Source: Spirogloea muscicola (taxonomy: Eukaryota). From it: a stretch of 40,267 bases of DNA. Below, one piece after another: positions 1 to 11,506 of the stretch; position 1 is the stretch's first letter; each line of letters starts with the position of its first letter. The notes below the pieces were generated by a model. The model was not told the DNA's origin. It ran no database searches and was given only the letters and a program-made list of their open reading frames with translations. The stretch lies in NCBI GenBank assembly GCA_009602725.1, contig WELB01000031.1:913483-953749 (forward strand), read 5' to 3'. The translations under genes were made by a program, and so were the position numbers.

Positions 1-447
1 CTACACAGGCAAAGCACTAGCGCATAGGCGCAGCGGAAGACAGGCCCCGTGGCGCCGCCGTCCGGCGGCGACTCCACCTCCTGGGCGCAGGCCGGCGCAG
101 CAGGCCCCGCAGCAAGGTGCGGCGGCGGCTGCGGCGGCGAGCAGCGGCAAGGCTGCTCCTGGGCTTCACCGGCTCGAACTCCTTCTGAGCCTCAGCCCCC
201 AAGGCTCTTCGTGCTTCCCCGTGCCACCCCCCCTCCAGGGGTGTGAGCGGGTCGCCCCAAGGCCTGTCCTTGCGGGCGGGCCCAGATTCTCCCTTGAACG
301 GGCGGATCCTAGCGAGGGTATTTCTGGACGGGCGGGCCACTTGCCCGGCAAGCCAGCCCGCCACCTGGCGGGCCCACTTGTCCCAAATAGCCGGTTATGT
401 CACGCCAACGGAGCCATGTGGCTCGAACAAACGGCTGGTTCATTACA
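1..447 (-). repeat. 3' LTR of element A (LTR family A), truncated by window edge
   Basis: Begins TGTAATGAACC on the minus strand immediately after the PPT and matches 5935-6393. Confidence 0.9.
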
Positions 448-462
448 TACCTCCCCACTCTG
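448..462 (-). promoter_or_regulatory. Polypurine tract of element A
   Basis: Minus strand AGAGTGGGGAGGTA abutting the LTR TG. The same PPT recurs at 18924-18937 and, on plus, at 19442-19455. Confidence 0.85.
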
Positions 463-505
463 GTGTTCACGTCCTCGGGAACAACGAGAAAACAGCCGAC
501 AGGTA

Positions 506-1050
506 TTAAGATGCCCGACGGCTGCTGCCTCTACCAAGCCTAGGAGAATTACCACCCTTGGCCAGGTATTCCCTGAGAGCATCTGGACAATTTGCCAAAT
601 TGGCCGCAGGCTCCCACGTGTTGTGCTCAGGCCCATACCCGAGCCACTTCACCAGATACTCACGTGTCTTACGCCCTCGAGGCTTGTCCCTGTGAGACAA
701 GATCTCTTCCACCTCAAACTCAAGATCATCCTCGATGACTAGTGGAGGTGGGGGCGGTTGGACACGACCATCCGAAAGGAAGGCCCTCAGCTGAGACACA
801 TGGAAGACGTTATGGACCTTCCAATGCACCGGTGTCTTCGACTCGTAGGACACCTTGCCCACAGGGCGTACTACTGCAAATGGTCCAACCCACTTGGGCA
901 GCAACTTGCACCCACAGCCCGCAAGGATAAGTGCTTCGTGCTCAGCAGCACTTGCGCACCAACATCGAAGGACACGTCCTTCCGATGTTTGAAGATGTCC
1001 AAGCAGCGTACGGAACGCCGACTTCAGAACATCCGCAGGCGTGATTCGAA
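506..1050 (-). pseudogene. Gypsy integrase C-terminus (GPF motif) plus chromodomain
   Basis: PKWVGPFAVV...VHNVFHVSQL, then FEVEEILSHR...EYLVKWLGYGPEHNTWEPAANL. The upstream part is frameshifted. Confidence 0.92.
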
Positions 1051-1079
1051 TTTGGTGATACCCACTTGCCAGGGGATTG

Positions 1080-1830
1080 GCATTTCTCGAAATTCGAGAC
1101 GGCTCAGCCGATACATGGGACGGAAAGGCGGGTTGGCGCCTGGCTTCAATGGAATTGTATGAGCCACACCTCGGTGAGGAGGTAGACCGTCCGGAAGAGA
1201 GTCGGGGAACACATCCGCAAATTCTTCCAGCAGCTTATCAAGATCAAGAACCCCGCCATGTGAATCCGCAGCATTCACACACAAGTCAGGCTTAGACTCG
1301 TCGTTCAACGCCACTATCACAAGAAATGCCATTTGGACAGTGTTCTTGTGAATCAATCGCTTCATCTGCATGGCGGACAGCAGAATGGAAGCCCCTGCCG
1401 CCCGAGGCGGTGCACAGGGAAGCTGCTTGCAAAGGACAAAGCGCCGTGCGCCACGTTGTACCGTGCAAGAATGGCGTTCAAAATCAAGGCATGCTGATGT
1501 GGCTCAAAGTCAGTCATCTCCCAATATCACATCAAAGGCGACAGTCAACGCAATGGCATAACAAGGCACCTCGGCTTTGTATTGGTGGATGCGCCTTGCA
1601 CCTTGCACAGGCCCAATACATCGGTGGGGTGGCCATCGGCCAATGTCACTCTAGGCAGGCCATCTGCTTGCAAATGCAAGCCAGTGGAGCACACCAAATT
1701 CCTTTTGACAAAGGACACCGAGGCCCCTGAGTCTATGAGGCTCCTAGCTGGTGCCGCAGCAACCAGCCCCTCGAAAAGCATAGTGTGTCCCCCATGGACA
1801 CTGCCAAGAAATGGGGTGCAAGCGACATAT
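1080..1830 (-). pseudogene. Gypsy aspartic protease and pre-RT linker (frameshifted)
   Basis: LIDSGASVSFV protease motif, and LLEEFADVFPDSLPDGLPPHRGVAHTIPLKPGANPPFRPMYRLS, the typical segment just before RT. Confidence 0.9.
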
Positions 1831-2011
1831 ACCCTGACCATTGTCGGGTAAGGCCGAAGCCGAGTGGCATCAACACTACGCCTAAGGAGCCTGTGTCCCG
1901 CCTCGTGCGAGCACAACAGCAACATCCCAGCGGAGCTTGATCAACCACGCCACGCTTTTGTGGCACAGAAGAAGAACAGCATTTCTTCAGGCCGACGGCA
2001 CTCAGGCCAGC

Positions 2012-2840
2012 TCAGATGAACATCTGCAGCCTCTTGCAAGTCATTGTGGGCAACTCACACAAATAGAGGCCCTCCGGCCTCCAACCTTGCAATGAAGCAG
2101 AAATGGAGCGCACAACCGGTATGTTGGTTGGCGGGCAAGCAATGCCAGCAAGATCAAACAGCTCAAGTGCGTCTGGCTGAATCAGATGGCTTGCAGAGGC
2201 AGGGGTCAAGCACTCACGCTTGCCCTTGAAATTGCCCTGGTCCCGGCCTATAGGGCTGTGACGTGGCCGTGAGGAATGGGGACCTGCCGCCGGGCAGTCC
2301 CTGAGCTGATGGCTCTTGGCACCGCACTTGAAGCAGCGAGCGCCATCCACCCGCGTCTTGGGGAAGTCGCCTTGAGGTCGAGCGTTCAAGCCGTGCCTTG
2401 GGTCGAACCGCTTCTTGCCTCGCTCTGCATCAAAGCCGCCTGCCTCCCACAGGGGACGCTTGCTGGGACCGGCAATGTCCGGCGTGCTGAGCACCTTGAG
2501 GGCGTGCTCCACCATCTTGGTGAAGTCCGCGACAGGTTGCGCCGTTGCGGAATCCACCGCGACCCAATTGCGGAAGCGAGTAGGCAGTCCAGCCTTGAAT
2601 TGCTGGCATTGGTCAATTGGCTTCATGGGCTCGCTGCGTAGCTTAGACAGCAGCAGACGGAATCGCCGCACGTAGGGCTCAAAGCCCTCGCTTCCCTCGC
2701 CCCTTATGCGGAGAGCATCCAGCTTATCGGGCGCGCAGTTCTGCGTGTAGGTCGCCATACCCCGACGTAAGCAAGCTGCAAATGAAGTCCCAGCCACCGT
2801 ACTCCTCGGGCGTAAAGCCCTTCTTCAAAGTGTTCCAGCA
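2012..2840 (-). pseudogene. Gag C-terminal half with CCHC zinc knuckle (element A)
   Basis: WNTLKKGFTPEEYGGW...YVRRFRLLLSKL...FKAGLP and CFKCGAKSHQLRDC (CX2CX4HX4C). Confidence 0.88.
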
Positions 2841-2902
2841 TCCCCGGAGTTGCGCGCTGCCTTACTTGCTCGCTCGCTGGTGCACACCAGTCTTGCGATG
2901 TC

Positions 2903-3282
2903 CTCGCCGTCGCCGTACACGGCGCCTTTGGCGCCAAATGGCTGACCTACTTCACCGCCTTGCGCGGCGAGCAGCGGCCTGCCGCCACGGGCAGCAGGGC
3001 GAGCAGCCTGGCTTCCATGTCGCCGGGTCCCTCGCCCAAGTTTTCCGGACGCGCCTGGGCTTTTGCGGTCCACTTGCGCGCAGGCCGCGCTCTGGCGGCG
3101 GCTCCAGCTTCCGTCAGGGCGACGTCTTTCCGCCTGCTAGCTACTCAGATTTGCATCTACTGACGAGAGGTTACTGAGAGTTCGCTTACTGCTGTCTCAG
3201 TCCTTAGCACTCCGACTCCTTCAGACCATGTCCATTCTTTTGGGCTGGCCTCTCCCAGCCACCAGTCAATCTGGCCGCGCTT
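2903..3282 (+). mobile_element. 3' stub of RLE (CRE-like) non-LTR retrotransposon
   Basis: Ends ...QGDVFPPASYSDLHLLTRGY*, followed by the shared 3' UTR motif TGTCCATTCTTTTGGGCTGGC..CCAGCC. The same C-terminus follows the RLE domain at 22610-23071 and 38838-39745. Confidence 0.7.
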
Positions 3283-3870
3283 GCTAGTGCACGGCCGAGC
3301 CCTCCTCGGGAGGCAGAGCGGTCGGCTGCTGTGGCAGCGGCTGCTGCAGGGCCAGCTGCTGCGGCAGTGGCTGCTGCGGAGCACGCCCAAGAGGGGCACG
3401 CCCACGAGGGGCACGCCCACGAGGGGCTCGCCCAAGCGGGGCTCGCCCACGAGGGGCACGCCCACTAGGGGCACGCCCAAGCGGGGCACGCCCAAGAGGG
3501 GGCACGTCGAGGTGGGAGCCGGAGGCCAGGAGGGCTTGTCGGCCGGGGTCTTGCAACGCGTTGCACTCCTCACTCGGGATCTGGCAGCAGCCCAGTCTAC
3601 GACGGATCCAGCTCAACACCGGCTTCTTGCGAAGATCTGCGCAGAGCAGCGCGCCCTCGTCCGGCAGGCGCTGAAGAGCGGCACATGCAAGAGGTGGATG
3701 CCTCGTTGCATCTGATGCGCAAGAGCAGCGGCAACCCTGAGCATGGACTTGCCAGGGCCCATGAACCCAGACAATTCTCAGGTCACGATGATCGGGGAGG
3801 GTTGCAGCCATGGCTGGATGAAATGGACGAATGGTCCGTGTGCTCCAACACGGACGCGGGGGCGCGCGTG
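3283..3870 (+). repeat. Inverted, diverged copy of the gag N-terminal region
   Basis: Reverse complement of 3955-4484 plus 5298-5340, and lacks the solo-LTR insertion. Confidence 0.9.
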
Positions 3871-3874
3871 CGCC

Positions 3875-5354
3875 TCCAGCCACCGCACTCCTCGGGCTCA
3901 GAGCGCTTCTTCAAAGTGTTCCACCACTCCCGGGGCTCCCCTGAGAGGTAGGTGGCGCGCGCCCCCGCGTCCGTGTTGGAGCACACGAACCATTCGTCCA
4001 TTGCATCCAGCCATGGCTGCAAACCTCCCCGATCATCGTGACCGGAGAATTGTCTGGGTGCATGGGCCCTGGCAAGTCCATGCTCAGGGTTGCCGCTGCT
4101 CTTGCGCATCAAAAGCAACGAGGCATCCACCTCTTGCATGTGCCGCTCTTCGGCGCGCTGCCAGACGAGGAGGGCGCGCTGCTCCGCGCAGATCTTCGCA
4201 AGAAGCCGGTGTTGAGCTGGGTCCGTCGTAGACTGGGCTGCTGCCAGATCCCGAATGAGGAGTGCAACGCGTTGCAAGTCCCCAGCCGACAAGCCCTCCT
4301 GGCCTCCGGCTCCCAGCTCGACGTGCCCCTCTTGGGCGTGCCCCGCTTGGGCGTGCCCCTCGTGGGCGTGCCCCTCGTGGACGAGCCCCGCTTGGGCGTG
4401 CCTCTCGTGGGCGTGCCCCTCGTGGGGGTGCTCCGCAGCCACTGCCGCAGCAGCTGGCCCTACAGCAGCCGCTGCCACAGCAGCTGTAACGTTCCCGCCG
4501 TTACGGGACGCTTAACTTCGAGTTAAGCGCCGCGCGAGGTGTCGCGCGGTGTGACGCGCCTGCTGACGATGTGACGTGCAGGCGCGCCGCCTCCAGCCGA
4601 GGCGGCGAACCTGGTCTCCCAGAGCGGAGCTTCTCGGCATATTCCTGATTCTGCCGTCGTGTCCACAATGACGTGTATGGGACACGTGTCGCGCGCCTGT
4701 GACGCCGCGCGACACCCGTGACTCACTGGTGGCGCCGCAAGCTGGCGCCGCAAGGCGCCGCCGCGAGGCGGCGCCGCAGGGCGCCGCTCGGCGGCGCCGC
4801 AGGGGCGGCCGCCGCCACCAGAAGGGAGCCGCGTGGTCCGCCCTCGCACTAGATTCCCCGTATCGGGCCCGCCTTCCGAAGGTGGGCCCTGAGACGAACC
4901 CCCCAGAAACCCCTGGGGAGGGTGGCACATGAAGCACTATAAGTAGGGCTGAGAGCGGACTCAGAGGGAACTCGGTCAGTCTCAGTGAAGCCCGCGAGAG
5001 AGAGGCGCGGCCCTGCTGCCGCCTGCTGCTGCAGCCCGTCGCCGCATCCCGTCGTCGCGGACTTTCGACGGCTCTCTCTGAGTAAGACACTGGCTGCTCC
5101 CTTGGGGACAGTCGCTGGCCCGTACCTGAGAGGTGAGTCGCTGCCTGTCGGCAGCGCTCCAGGGCGAGACTTCCGCTGCGTATCACACGTGGTGCTTCAC
5201 TGTGCTGGGGGTTTGTCTCTAAACCCCAGCGACCGAAACCAAAAAGGACGTACTGACCCCTGACTGTGCTGTTAAGGGTCAGGGCCGTTACAGCAGCCGA
5301 CCGCTCTGCCTCCCGAGGAGGGCTCGGCCGCGCACTGGAGGTGTGCGATACCAT
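3875..5354 (-). pseudogene. Gag N-terminal half of element A, interrupted by a solo LTR; contains a His-rich 15-bp repeat
   Basis: MVSHTSSARPSPPREAERSA [LTR] ...(EGHAH/EGHAQ)n...PRQFSGHDDRGGLQPWLDAMDEWF...ATYLSGEPREWW, a Gypsy gag capsid-like pattern. Confidence 0.8.
4485..5292 (+). mobile_element. Solo LTR (family B), 808 bp, with 5-bp target-site duplication
   Basis: Termini TGTAACG...CGTTACA, with GCAGC on both flanks (4480-4484 and 5293-5297). Removing it rejoins the gag frame. Confidence 0.92.
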
Positions 5355-5837
5355 GCTGGCTGAAGGACACTGAGTGATCAATTCAGGCTCCGACAGTGAG
5401 CAAATCACACACTCCATACTGCAATACAGGACATCGCAAGACTGGTGCACCAGCGAGCGAGCAAGCAAGGCAGCGCGCAACTCCGCACCTCAATCAGCAG
5501 GCAGGCAGACAGCCGCAGATATGACCAGGACCGATGCACACGGTCACAGCTGGCCACACGACTGACCTTACCACACAAAGGCTGCAGGCTCAAGCCACAC
5601 CTCAAAAGAAGCGAACGCAGCAAGTGGTCCTCAAGGATCAGTCGGTCAATCTGGGGTCGGTAGTTGCTACCTCACTGCGCGAAGATAGCTCCGCACCCAG
5701 CGCTTCCGCTGAGCCACCTCACGGACCGACGTCTGGCAAGCACTTTATCTTTGACAGAAAAAAGTCAGGCCATCAGGGTGATCCTTGTATCATCAGCGGC
5801 GAGCACATAAGTCACAAGTGCGATGGATGCAAGACCG

Positions 5838-5849
5838 CCTCTGATACCA
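5838..5849 (-). promoter_or_regulatory. Primer-binding site (initiator tRNA-Met)
   Basis: Minus strand TGGTATCAGAGG, 2 nt after the LTR end CA. Confidence 0.9.
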
Positions 5850-5851
5850 AA

Positions 5852-6393
5852 TGTAAGGAACCTCGCCCTACACACGCAGTCAGGGTGAGCAGTCCTTCTC
5901 GAGTTCGGCTGTAGGGGGGTTAGGGAGCAACCCACTACACAGGCAAAGCACTAGCGCATAGGCGCAGCGGAGACAGGCCCCGTGGCGCCGCCGTCCGGCG
6001 GCGACTCTACCTCCTGGGCGCAGGCCGGCGCAGCAGGCCCCGCAGCAAGGTGCGGCGGCGGCTGCGGCGGCGAGCAGCGGCAAGGCTGCTCCTGGGCTTC
6101 ACCGGTTCGAACTCCTTCGAGCCTCAGCCCCAAGGCTCTTCGTGCTTCCCCGTGCCACCCCCCTTCCAGCGGTGTGAGCGGGTCGCCCCATGGCCTGCCA
6201 GGCGGCGGGCCGAAGATCCTCCCTTGAACGGGCGGATCCTAGCGAGGTTATTTCTGGACGGGCGAGGCCCGCCTCTGGGCGGGCCACTTGCCCGGCAAGC
6301 CAGCCCGCCACCTGGCGGGCCCACTTGTCCCAAATAGCCGGTCATGTAATGCCAACAGAGCCATGTGGCTTACCAAATGGCTGGTTCATTACA
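5852..6393 (-). repeat. 5' LTR of element A (542 bp)
   Basis: TGTAA...TTACA termini, followed on minus by the PBS. Confidence 0.92.
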
Positions 6394-7697
6394 CGTACAG
6401 TGCCAGCAGCTGGTCGTACGAGCTGCTGGTGAAGATCAACATCCTGGAGGCATCCAACATTCACCTCATTGCTCTCCTGCAAGGTACTGGCGTTTACGAC
6501 TTGTACCCCATCCTCCACCTTCTCAAGAAGAACGGCAAAATCTTCATCCTTGCCAACACCAAGGCAAGGCGGGCCTGAAAGCGCCAGAGGCATTGTCGTG
6601 CGTCCTGCTGTCTTCACTAAGAGCCCGGATGGCCATATTCTCCCTGCTCCTCCCCTTGGGGCTACCCTCGTCACGGCCTCCGGGGAGGGGTGGCAGGTGG
6701 AACGCTATAAGTAGAAGGCCGAAGCCAGACTTTGCAGTCGGACCAGTGACGACCAGAGTGAGGTATAGCCCTGCTTGCCAGCTGCTTGCCGCCGCCCATA
6801 GCTCTGCTGCTGCCGTCTGCTGCCCAGCCCGTCGCTGCAGCCTGTCGCTGCGGACATCGCCGACTCTCCGTAAGTGCCACGGTGGGCCCATGTGGGGCCA
6901 GCTACTAAACCCAGACCCTCCGTAGAGTCGCCGCCTTCTGGCGGCGCCTCAGGGTAAGACTTCCGCTGTGCTATGTGATGCACTTGAGTGCACCGTGTGC
7001 GTTGGCGCTCCACTATGTAGGGGGGTAGTTCCGAAACCCCCTAGGTCCGAACTCAATAAGGACGTACTGACCCCTAACTGCGAGTATAGGGATCAGGACG
7101 TCACATTTGCTTTCAGAGGAGTCCTTGCATCTGGCTAGCCTAGTATATGTTGTGATGATACGACTGACCATGCAAGGTTTCTTCTGATGCTCTGACACTG
7201 ACTAGTCTCTTGTGGTTGAGACCCCTTGCCAGACCGTTCTTGTGGATCTGCATCGGCGGGCTGATTGATACTGTTGTCCACTCGCCCGCTGCATCCACAC
7301 GCCCGGGGTCGGACAATGTCGAGTTTTCCTCCACCCCGGCAGCCATCGCAACTGCCAGGTCAGTACTCGCCTGCGTAAACCACCTGCGGTCGGCGGATTG
7401 CCTGTCTTCTGACAAGGAGGTGAAACTGACCGCCGATGGGCGGCGAGTCTGGCCATGTGCCAGAGGCTGGTCCGTACTCCAGTTCTGGCCCCTCTCTCAG
7501 CTGCGCGTACTGCTTTGCGTTTTGGGGTTATGACTTGTGCGCTGCCATGTTTGCATTGCTTTTCTGCTGGGGCACCAGCTTGCTTAGTATATAAGTACCC
7601 GCGCCAGTCGTATTCTCATTGTGCGGGTCCGCCCCTCTTCGTTGTGTCTTTCTTATGCCCTCCACTGCCTTGGCCCTCAGTGTGTTGGTGTAAAGGC

Positions 7698-8400
7698 ATG
7701 GAGTCCGAGGACTCAAGTGTGCAACCTAGCGCCCCTACGCCGGCAGTACCAGCGGCCGAGGTCGAGGAAATGTCTATTGAGATGGCGGAGCTCCAAGCGC
7801 CTGGACCAAACGGCCTTACAAAGGCTGATGCGCAGCCCCTAAGGCGCCTGAGGGAGCTCGTCGAGGCCGCGATCCCTGGTGGGAATCCGCTCGTAACCCC
7901 CGTATTGAAGGCGCTGAGCGAGGGTGTACGGGCCCTGATCAGCCGCATGTGCGCGGATGAGCAGCGTACTCGTCGCCTTCGAGCCAAAGTAAGCCATGGT
8001 GCGCGGTTGGGCCGCGCCCAGCCGTGCCAGCCCTCGAAGTCCGATGGGACGGGGAGCCTCGCAGCATGGATCCGGAAAGTGAACGCATGGTTTGTACTGT
8101 GCGAGGCGCCGGTGAAATCCCGCGTGGGTATTGCCGCCACCTACCTCACTGGAGATCCAGCCGCCATATGGGAAAGTACGAAATCGTCCTCAACACCCAC
8201 AGTGTACAACACTTAGGACTTTTTCACCCGATCGTTGACCTCTTTGTATGGTGAGGTACATGCAGAGCTCAACGCTCGGAATCAGCTCGACGCCATCCAA
8301 ATGGTCGACGACGACTTCGAGGACTATGTACGGCGTTATCATCTCATCTCGATGAAGTGTGGTGACATGAATCCCATTGACCAGGGATTTCGACTGTGAA
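7698..8400 (+). pseudogene. Gypsy gag (element B)
   Basis: SLAAWIRKVNAWF...RVGIAATYLTGDPAAIW...LYGEVHAELNARNQLDAI...YVRRY, homologous to the element A gag. In-frame stop at 8214-8216. Confidence 0.8.
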
Positions 8401-9079
8401 ACGTCTCAAGCCTAGGAACGGCCACGGTTGTAGACTTCGGCCGCCACCCTGGTTGCAGGTAGTGCCCAAGGGAAGCCGAAGTTCGTCCCTGAGGAAGATC
8501 GTGCATGCTACCGTTGTGACTTGAAGGGGCACCGCATACGGGACTGCCCACAGCCGCCAAAGCCGTCGACGTCGTCTACGCCATCCTCCACCTGCCCGAA
8601 GGGCCAGTACAAGGACAAGGGAAAAGGGAAAGTGACCCTTCCTTGTCTCCCTTATGTGTGATCCAGCAGCGTGGTGTGAAAGTGCTGTTTGAATTGATAT
8701 GACGAGTATGTCCAGAGTCTGTGTGTCGGTAGTACGCTCTGTGCATGTGCTTATTATGCAAGCGCTGTGGAACGAAGGCCCCCTTGTTGTATCGGCTATC
8801 TTCTAAATCAGATGCAGGAAGCGGCAGGCATGTACTTGAGCTGGATCAGTCTACACGGTACTAAACCGGTCTTCTTTATCGTGCCGTGCAGTGGCGGAGT
8901 GAAACCTCTACCTCCATAGGGGCTGGCCTTCTTGTGTTGCCGGAAGGCGGGCCAACTCCACGTGAAGTACAAGGGGGAGGATGTTTCTCCGAGACCTCCT
9001 GAACTGCTCGTATCTCTAGCTCGTAGTTATATTCTGACGGTAGTAAGTGCCCCGGCACTCAGCGCTGACGCGCCAACTA

Positions 9080-9759
9080 TGTCGTTCTCAGGACTGGTGG
9101 CTAGTCAGCCAGCCCAGATCCTTATGGATACGGGAGCCACAGATCCTTATGGATACGGGAGCCACAGTCTCCGGTGTTAGTAACGATCTTGTGAGCGACA
9201 ATGGTTTGATTATAAACCCCACTGGTATCTCGCAAGTACATTGGCAAATGGACAAAGTGCCAAAGTCATGGGCCTGTGTCAAGTCCCTCTACACATTCAG
9301 AATGATACGGTTGTGCCTTGCCATGTCATTCAGTTGGCACTGGGCTTTGATGTGATATTGGAAGGATGACTGGTAATGTGCTACTGCGGCCATCCTCGAT
9401 TTTGACGAGCAAACTTGCTCGTGCCGACAGAGTGCTTGTCGCTTTGTACTGCTCAAAGACGCTCCCCTTATATCATCGCCTGTGACAGACTCCTCTATTC
9501 AGCTGTCGGCTGTGCAGTTTAAGAGGGTTCTTCACGCAGAACCCACCTCGGCTGTGTATCTGCTAATGATGATGAAAGATGAGTCCCCCCTGACTCAGTA
9601 GTAGCGAGTAATGTGGCCTCACATGGTGCGGCTCTTGACAGTTTCTTGGCGGAATTGTTGGATGTGTTTCCCAATGCTCTTCCAGACGGTTTGCCTCCTG
9701 ACCGAGGCGTGGCTCATACAATTTTATTGGAGCCCGGCGCTTTGCTGCCGTACCGTCCG
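9080..9759 (+). pseudogene. Gypsy protease and pre-RT linker (element B)
   Basis: ILMDTGAT (duplicated), GFDVILG, DVFPNALPDGLPPDRGVAHTILLEPG. Confidence 0.85.
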
Positions 9760-9804
9760 CTGGCCGTTCCCAGCCCCTATACTCTACGGGCGAGCACGTC
9801 TTCT

Positions 9805-11218
9805 TTGCGGTTGAACGGCAGCAATGCCGGTCAAGAGGCGTCACACATCAGCTCATACGTTGCGCGTCTCAAGGTAAGTCAAAGACCGGGCGGAGACGTC
9901 AGAGCCCCTTGATTAGCCTCGACTGCCACTTGGCATCAGATGTCACTTTCAGGGAGAAAATTAACGAGTGAGCTTCGTGAAAATCAGTGCCATATACGCG
10001 TAGTCCTGTAAAAATTTGCGGCAATACCTCGTGAAAGTTGCGCAAAAGTAGCGCAACTGCGGCACATTTCGCGGCACAGGCCAGTCCAATACGAATAGAG
10101 ATCACTATCGGTCAACGCAAACCCACTTCTGCCTACTTCCCTTAAGTATGCCCACTTTGATCTATTAGACACACACTTGGTTCGTTTCGCGTACAACCGA
10201 TTTTCACGAGAAACTGCAGCACTCCTCGCAGATGCACCACGCATTCTTCATGTGTGTGAGACTGACCACCAGAATAGTTTCCAAGTATGCGAGCACGATA
10301 TCATACAAGATACCGATGCCGATCAAAGAGGCGTCATATACTACTTCAAAAGGCACGCCTTCTCGAGGCAAGACCAAAACGGGTGGATGCACCAGGACCC
10401 GTTTGATATTCTCGAATGCCTTCTGGCATTCGGACGTCCACACCCAGCTGACGTCCTTACGAGTGAGCTTCATAAGAGGGGATGCCATACTTCCGTATCC
10501 TTGTAGAAAATTGCGGAAGTCATTTGCGAATCCCAAGAAGGAACGCAACTGTGGCACATTCCGTGGCACTGGCCAGTCCTTTACTATTGCAGTCTTTCTG
10601 GGGTCGACGCGTACCCCGTCTTTGCCCACAACACGCCCTAAGTATGTCAGCTTAGGCTGATTAAAGACACGTTTCGATCTTGGCATACAACTGCTTTGCA
10701 CGCAGTAATTGCAGCACTTGCCGCAGGTGTCGTAAGTGCTCCTCAGGCGTCTTACTGAATACCAGTATGTCATCCAAATAGACCAGCACAAAGTCATAGA
10801 GTAGGGGGCCAAAGACTTCGTTATCACAGCCTGAAATTCGACAGGTGCATTGGTTAGACCATAGCTGAGCACCTCGAACTGGGAGTGACCGAGCGGCGTC
10901 GGAACGCCGACTTCGGGACGTCCTCAGGGGTGACACGAATTTGATGATGACCGCTTTGCAAGTCGAGGGAGCTGAACACACTAGCTCCTGCTAGACGTTC
11001 GAACAGGTCATCAACTCGAGGCAAAGGATACCGATTCTTGGCAGTGAGCTTGTTCAGGGCTTGATAATCAAGGCACATTCGAAGACTACCATCCTTTTTT
11101 TTCGCGAAGAGGATTGGTGCACCGTATGGCGACTGGGAAAGCTCTATGTGCCCTTTCCGTAGCAGTTCCTCCACTTGGGACTGCATCTCCCGAAACTCGG
11201 GAGGACTCAGTCGATACT
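9805..11218 (-). pseudogene. Gypsy reverse transcriptase and start of RNase H (one near-complete copy plus a more decayed partial copy)
   Basis: [74 protein letters not shown] (11218-10295). A second YLDD-to-DAS stretch lies at 10295-9805. Several frameshifts. Confidence 0.93.
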
Positions 11219-11220
11219 CA

Positions 11221-11505
11221 AAAAGAATGAACGAGGTTCGAGGGGGCTTGGGGAAGCGCTCAACTAAAACAAGCACAAAATGAAATAAGCAGCTACGAAA
11301 TCTCAGTAACTTCTGCTAAGCAGCCGCGCAGGTCAGAGAACTGGCCTCCTGGTAGCGGGTCCCCTGGCTAGGGCCAGAGGCGGCAGCAAGGGCTCCACCG
11401 GCACGGAGATGCAACGCGCGAGTCCAAAAAGCTGCAGCGAGACGGCCAAGCACCTGCGATGCACCTGCGCAAGACACTCGGCTGCATGAAAGTCCACCGG
11501 TCCCC
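11221..11505 (-). mobile_element. 3' stub of RLE non-LTR element
   Basis: RALHLRAGGALAAASG...SDL..LSR.Y*-type end plus part of the 3' UTR. Closely matches 16625-16830. Confidence 0.65.
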
Positions 11506-11506
11506 A

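Larger units (their letters stand above)
1..6393 (-). mobile_element. Chromovirus-type Ty3/Gypsy LTR retrotransposon (element A), internally deleted and rearranged
   Basis: Minus-strand order: 5' LTR (6393-5852), PBS-Met, leader, gag (from 5354), protease, pre-RT linker fused straight to the integrase C-terminus and chromodomain (RT, RNase H and IN core missing), PPT, 3' LTR running off the left edge. The two LTRs are visibly near-identical. Confidence 0.85.

Noticed and set aside
17..364. Recurrent ORFs in LTR-A copies (also 5880-6432, 11316-11920, 12217-13257, 18301-18884)
   Set aside because: They are GC-rich LTR sequence open by chance. Frames differ between copies and no domain is recognisable.
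3380..3505. Regular short repeats as a possible CRISPR array (also the 81-bp units at 17118-17463)
   Set aside because: The units are contiguous tandem repeats without unique spacers, there are no cas genes, and the context is eukaryotic.
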